Position numbers and translations under genes: made by a program
Assembly: GCA_964036045.1 (NCBI GenBank)
Contig: OZ038379.1
Location: forward strand, 26,536,001 to 26,600,000
Direction of reading: 5' to 3'
DNA: 64,000 nucleotides
DNA from: Eutreptiella sp. 'Long Island Sound 2002'
Taxonomy: Eukaryota > Protista > Euglenida
Shown here: positions 57,940-64,000 of the stretch, piece by piece
How positions within the stretch are numbered: position 1 is the first letter of the stretch
How the letters are laid out: each line of letters begins with the position of its first letter
The notes under the pieces: generated by a model
Database searches by the model: none
What the model was told of the DNA's origin: nothing
The model's input: the letters and a program-made list of their open reading frames with translations, nothing else

Positions 57940-58620
57940 GCCATCATAGCCACCATGCCATAAGGCGGTCGGCACTATCGGGGGTCAGGGTGCCATTGCG
58001 GTGGAGAATGCCTCCCCACTCGTGGCCTCCCAAAACCAACCCTATGGCCCAATCGGTGTCGCCCACAAACCAGCCTAAGAAGTGGGGGAGGTTGGTCATG
58101 AGAGAGACCACGACCGTACGATATTGTTCTAGGTTCCTCCCGTTGATGTCCCAACTAGCGGGTAGGTCGCCCATGTGTGCGAGTCTGTCTCGGGTCGCTA
58201 TCCCATGGAACTCCCGGTCCGGGGCGTACATGAGCTGCTTTTCCTGCAGCGTTGTCCGCCATTGTGGCGCCTGCCAGAGGGTGCGGGCCGGCGGTTCCTC
58301 CCGCTGCTCTTACAGCCACTGCATGTCATTGTCGTTGTCACTGTCGCCTGGTTGGATGCCCCGAGTGAGCTGCTATGCTAGCTGCTTGCCTCCCCGCACC
58401 GAGAGGTCCTCGTCTTGTGTCTCTCCGAGCAGGGGCGCCCGTGCAGAAGGCATTCGGTCGTCGTCGGAGGGGGCAAGCGTGCATTTTGGCGAGGCATGCA
58501 GAGCAAAACCAGTGCTTGTCCTCGGCTGTGCTGCAGCCGAGGACATCATCTAGTTGGCCTGTCTTGAAGCACAAGGGGCATGCCGCTAGGCACCCGGCTG
58601 GATGGAGTTGCGGGGGCGGG
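57940..58620 (-). mobile_element. LINE fragment: RING-finger-like domain upstream of an AP-endonuclease remnant
   Basis: CPLCFKTGQLDDVLGCSTAEDKHWFCSACLAKMHACPLRR (58580-58460; last Cys changed to Arg). Then, in another frame, MYAPDR...AHMGDLPASWD (APE YAP and GDxNA motifs, 58231-58150). Confidence 0.55.
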
Positions 58621-58849
58621 GGCATCCTGAGGAGAGACAGAGTGGTGTTGGTACATGGGTGGGTGCGCACAATGGGCGCGCTTGTTGCAGGTTGGTCAAG
58701 CGTGGCGCATAAGGTGGCCTAGCAGGAGGGCAGTGTGTCTGGTGTGGCGCAGCCCTGTCCGGGGGTCCCCGTGTCGCTTTGTTTGTGTTTAGTCCTTGGG
58801 TTGTACCCTTTGGTAGTGTATGATGATGTTGTAGTATGTTCCGTGGTCC

Positions 58850-60330
58850 CATGTGGCGTGTTGTGCTAATTGGGTGTACAGCTGGGTGCGGTGTTGGGGT
58901 TGCGTGTCCGCTCGCTTGATGGCTGTGAGTTGCATGTGGCTTGCCGTTGAGTTTGGTTCCGGGGCGTGGTCTCTAAAAACTTGGTAAAGCCGCATCGGCA
59001 CTGCACCTCGTAATACTGCTTCTTTGATCTCCGGTTGTCCCAGCAGGTGTTGTACCTCGTTGCCCGCAAGTGCCCTCGAGTTCCAACCAGCATGTTGTAT
59101 GATAGTTTTCTCTGGTCGCCATGTGGCCAGGTGGGTTCCCTCTTAGGCTTTCACATGTCTCTGGTTGTCGTTGGTGGCAAGGGCAGATGGTGTACTCAAG
59201 GGGTATGTCAGTGTCGCTCCTCTCATACCATCGTGCCGTTCTTTGCAAAAGGAAGAGCTGTTCTAGCAGGAGTTGTGCCCGCCGCGTTTGCAGCGGTACT
59301 GGTAGCAGGGCTGGGTCGAGGGCGGAGAAGCATAGTGCAGTTTGTAGCTCGTGTTGGAGTCGGTTCATGAGGGCGTTGTTGGCGCGACCGCCTTGGATGT
59401 ACGCCATTGTCCTGAGGGGTGGGGGGTAGTGGTACACATGTGCCGTGCTATTGTATATGATGCCCATGTGTACCCAGGGCGGCGGTTTCTTGGGGTTGGA
59501 GACCGGTGGCAAGTGTTGTAGGTGTGTGTGCATATGGTCGCGTAAGGGGGGCAGGTCAGGGTCGGGTGCGTGCTCCGCGAGCTGGTTGTGGGCGTGCAGG
59601 TCAATGTGCCCATTGCCAAGCTATAACGGTGGGTTTCTTGTTTGACCCGGTGTAATACAATGTGTTTGGCGTTTCCTGAGTGCTGCCCACAGCTCTGCCG
59701 ATGCCCCAATAGTTGTCCCACATAGGACACGAAATGAGTGCCTGCTTGCTGCCCTTTGCACTGCGTTCATAGCAGGAGCGCACTCTTCATAGCAGAGAAG
59801 ACTCAATATCCGAGTCCCTTTATTCCAAAGCTGCATATCGTACGTGGGGGGCCACGGGCTCCAAGCCCGTTGACGAACAGATAGGAAGCCCTCAACTTAT
59901 TGCGCTAGCTAGTCTCAAGCTACATGGCGTGCATGCCAAGCATAATGTTGAAGAGCCTCAAGTACCTAAGGCTGTAGCTCTAGAATGTAACGCCGGCTGC
60001 ACTGCTTGTCTCGTTCAAAAGCATTCAAGGTGTGCAGCGCATGAGACGGCACGTGATCAACACTCCCAAGGTACCACGGAACAAGACAAAGCTGATGCAC
60101 AACAGATCTGCATTGTTGAGCATGTGATGAGTGCCCCAACTCAAAGTATATGTTCAAAATGGCTGCCCTTGATACATTTTTTGGCGCTGTGTAGAGGCCG
60201 AACTACCCCTAGTTTAAAAACAGGACCATGGCTAGCAAGGTTATGCTCCACACTCATCACTGATCCGCCTCACGACGGTGGCCTACGTGGGGACCAGACT
60301 ACTCAAAACATTGTGCCTTGTTAGCAAATA
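58850..60330 (-). mobile_element. 3' part of a decayed LINE (post-RT region, RNase H-like end, C-terminal zinc finger)
   Basis: IVLHRVK..HR..LGNGHIDLHAHNQL (RNase H C-terminal WVKxH..GNxxAD pattern, about 59560-59670) and YTICPCHQRQPET (zinc finger, about 59150-59190), spread over several frames. Confidence 0.55.
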
Positions 60331-60899
60331 TGTCAAGGACGTGAATGTCCCGTTGCTGTCGCGGTAGGGTGTAAGAGGGGCAGCACAGCAATACTACAAC
60401 ATCATAGAAAGGTGTGTTTTTGTGTCAACAATCGAATGCGGCGGCATGATCCGTTTTGTAATCATCTGTGTGGTATTCCACTAACACTTTTAGTCTACTT
60501 CTGTCCCCCAAAACTATTGAACACAATCCTGATGTTTGTCATGTAGCATGAAAATGACCTCAAAGTCAAGCTCTAGCAAGCCGAATCGAATTCAATCGTG
60601 ATCTCCCATGTATCAAAACCAGATCATACCGTAAATAATCTAGTGCCATAATTGACAATCTTTTCCAAAACGAAATAAGCATAAACCACAATGCGCAATT
60701 ACTATTCAGCGCGCATGCGCTAATGCATCTTTGCACCACAGGGGCACTGTGGCCCATCACAAGAAGCGCGAATGGCGGCTAGGGGTCGGTGATTAACGGT
60801 TAAATGTGCAAATGGGGCATGATTCCTACTCTGTTCCTTTAATCGACTCTATCCTACAAATCCATGCCTAAAAGCGCATCTTCACGGTGTTAGACCTAA

Positions 60900-62520
60900 G
60901 TAATGGTTATCACTACATGTCGCTGCATGAAGACTCCACGGCGTGTAAGCCAATGAGTACGCCACTGCGCCCCATGCAATACAAAATGATGTCGGTTGCG
61001 TACACCTTGCAATTCCGATTTAACACTGCATAGTAACCCGGTTGGGACCCAAAACTTCGACTTCAAATCCTTCAGCAATTTAGCTCGTCCCGGGTACATG
61101 CACTGAATGTTCTGCCGGTGGTCAATCACGCTCTTCACCCGGTTTTTGAGAATCAAAAGCTGGTGTTTGTGACAGAGCTTGTCCTCGTCTTCCGTCAGTG
61201 CCTCTGGCCAGTCGTCATTTGATGGTGGACCTACAGCATTCCAATTTTGAGTGCGTGGCCGGAGTTGGCATCATCATAATCAGACCAATCCTGCATAAAA
61301 AGTGATTGCACACCTTCGATGGTTCGTATCATATCTTTGTCCTTCATTTGTGCCCCCATGGGTTGCAGCTTGGCACTTGGGGCTTAGGCTAGCTCCGCGC
61401 CGGAAATCATCACCACAAAGCATTGGGCTTCTCCTTCTTCAAAGAGACGCTCCGACTAGATGATGCGCTTGGCCTCTGCTGTCTCCTCGGCGTCACCATG
61501 CAGCCAGATGACCATACATGCTTTTCCGGCTCCGTAGGCCCAACAACTTAGGCAATCGGCCACAGTGTTGTCCTTCCCGGGCACATACAGCACGCTCAAG
61601 TCAAACTTGGCGAGCGTCTTGTGCCACCGAGCGCATTGGGCTGCCGGACCCGAGGGCGTGTTGAAGTGCTCCTTGTTTCAGCTCCGGAGGCTTGGCTGGT
61701 CGGTGCACAAGACAATGGTTTGCAATGCAATATGCCTAGACCACTTGTGCAAACCACAAACCATGGCTTACGTCCTCGTATCCCTTGCAATTCAAGTGCG
61801 GTGTTGTTGCTCAACTAAACGTCTACTGGTTAAGTTAAAGCCATTGAGACAAGGCCATTGAGACACGGGAACCATCCCCTCGGACCCGCGCTAGGACTGC
61901 CCCCACAGCGTAATCCGATGCATCCGTGGGGAGCGCAAATATCTTGTCTGGATCGCTAACGAATGATCCCAAGTTTTCCAACAGAAGTCTCTTGAGTGTC
62001 TCAAACGCTTCTTCCGCCTCCTGTGTCCAAGTCAGTTTTTTCTTGCTCCCCTTGCGCCCATCGAGGTTAGGAACCTGCGGCATCTTGTGCAATGGTCCCG
62101 AAAGTCTAGCATAGATTTGCACGCAAACCAAATAAGAATGGTAGAATCCCATGAGGGATCGGATCTTGCTGATTGTCGTGTGTTGCTCTTAATGCGTTAA
62201 GGCGCACAATTTGCCCGGCATGGGCCTGCCTTGCCCATGACGAACCACTTGTCCCGTGAATTACACCTCTTCCAAAAATAGGGATGCCTTCGTCTTCTTG
62301 CATACCATTCGGTTGCGATCTAAGACGTCACGCACCCTTTTGAGTCTTTTTCATGGGCCTTGATCAATTCATCTTCCCTCACGACCTCCTTGCCGGACGC
62401 GATAATGATGTCATCCACAAACAAGTGGGTGCAATGGGGCACCGGTTTCCACGGAACCTCCATCATGCATTGGAATGCCGCGTTGCAAATTTTGGCTCTC
62501 ATCATGGCAACCAAACCTCC
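60900..62520 (-). mobile_element. Decayed Ty3/gypsy-type pol: RT, RNase H, integrase zinc-binding domain
   Basis: HLFVDDIII (RT), LTWTQEAEEAFETLK and TDASDYAVGAVL (RT-RH junction), ARWHKTLAKFDLSVLYVPGKDNTVADCLS (RH end, about 61550-61640), YPGRAKLLKDLKSKFW (integrase H2C2 region). RT-RH-IN order is the gypsy order. Confidence 0.88.
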
Positions 62521-64000
62521 GACCGGTCGACTACTGGAAACCCCATTTATACAGCCATTCGAGAGAACTCCCTGGGGTCGATTTCAAGCGATGTATTTGC
62601 AATGTCGGCAGTCACTATGGAAGGCAATGTCGTTGATTGTGCATTCTAGTAGGCAATCGCCATAGCGGTTCCGGACAAAAATCCAAGAAGCGGGACAATG
62701 GGAACAAGCAGGCAGTAGGGCTGCAAGCCAAGACCGTGGCGCGAGCAATGATCTCGCATTGGTTGATGGTATTGGATGTGCAAGCCATGATATGCAGTGA
62801 CAAACGTACATAGTTTGTTGGTGTGTGGTTTCGTACGATGTACAAATACATGGGCGGGAACATGCCAAAATGGCGGCGTAGCACGGCTGTCCAAAGGCTA
62901 AAGCGGATGTGGTGGGCAGGCAATTGTTCAAAAATTTTTGTTAGCTGCATATTGAGGAGCCGGGCAAAAATTGGTATCATTCTCTGAGGACACTTCTGCA
63001 AGCAAACCACGATTTTCCCGGACCCTCTAGTTTGTTCCCCCATCGTATCTCCTTTTTACACCAATGAGTTTCGCGTACTCCCCCATGGATGAACCGGTAA
63101 CATGGCGAAAGAGGCCAATGCCATGATGTCCAAAGCCGACAACATGGCAAAGACACTGTGTGATGCCATGGTGCTGGAACATGCGAAAAGGGTCGAATAC
63201 TTTCACTGTCTTAGGCCACGCAAACTGCCCACCTTCACAGAAGCATGGGTGGCAGACCAGCATCTGCGTCCGGTGCTGGTGCCAGCACCACATGGGGGGG
63301 TCTGTGGGCTCATTTTGATGGTGTCTTATTGTAGGCACAAAAACAGGGCCTTTTTGGGGGGTCTCAAACACGTTTCTTTCATTTTCATATGTTGAACCCA
63401 GTTCCCATTTCCTGGATTGAAGGTGTGATATCGGAGGAAAAGCACATGTAGGGCTTATTGCACCACGTAAACAGGAAGCTGTAAAATCACGCTGTTCTGG
63501 ACCCCCCCTCAACTGTGGACACGAACAAGCACGCTGGCACAGTGTCTCTATTTCCAAATTGGAAACTTGGAATCGTATGCTTTGTAATACAGTAGTACAA
63601 TCACATGCACATACACAACCATACTTAGGAGTCACCGCTGCGAAGTATATGCAAAATTCACCTGTAAATTGTTGTACCTGAAAGAGAGGGCTGTTTACAT
63701 GAAAATCCAGCTGAGCAGCTGGGGCCAGCACCAACACCTGGAAAAATGGTAATGAAGACAAGCAATTGGGCAAAGAGTAGCTGGTGCCAGCACTTCCTGA
63801 GGAAAACAAAGAAATAGTAGGTGCAAACCAAGCAGAGGTATTGTGAGTGCTGTGTAACAACAAAACCAATGGACAAGTGCATGACTGTGCAAGACGAACA
63901 CTGACAGCGCTGTAGTGCAAAGCACTGGACCGGTCTTTATGGGATCAAGAAACATGATTACTTCTTTGCTGCAGCAGCCCTGTTGATCCGGGCAGTCCAA

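Noticed and set aside
63027-63920. 297-aa minus-strand ORF
   Set aside because: No recognisable motif, atypical composition and no ATG or splice context. A weak resemblance of FWHVPAHVF (about 62860) to the Harbinger tail was too short to call.

Overview
Repeat-rich eukaryotic nuclear DNA with GT-AG introns and many poly-G/poly-C tracts. The organism cannot be identified from the sequence; a protist is my guess. Most of the window is a mosaic of decayed transposable elements: at least five non-LTR (LINE) remnants, one Ty3/gypsy pol remnant, a PIF/Harbinger family with a proven TAA target-site duplication, a SWIM+Ulp1 (Mutator-like) remnant, a hAT-like MITE, tRNA-derived SINE-like heads, tandem arrays (30, 48, 117 and 172 bp) and a 2.2-kb foldback palindrome. 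Host-type genes: exon 1 of an SLC52-family riboflavin transporter (7.2-7.4 kb, minus), an adenylate/UMP-CMP-kinase-like ORF (33.3-33.9 kb, minus) and an intact single-ORF coiled-coil + CAP-Gly gene (45.5-46.8 kb, minus). The most unusual element is a spliced minus-strand gene (about 26.8 kb down to 18.1 kb). It fuses an mRNA-capping guanylyltransferase (NTase domain + OB fold) to a T4 Rnl1-type RNA ligase and then an F-box. This copy carries stop codons and a KxDG to KxDR change, so it looks pseudogenised. Second most notable is an intron-containing RAG1/Transib-like transposase remnant at 37.9-39.0 kb. All domain calls come from recognising motifs by eye; no database search was run.
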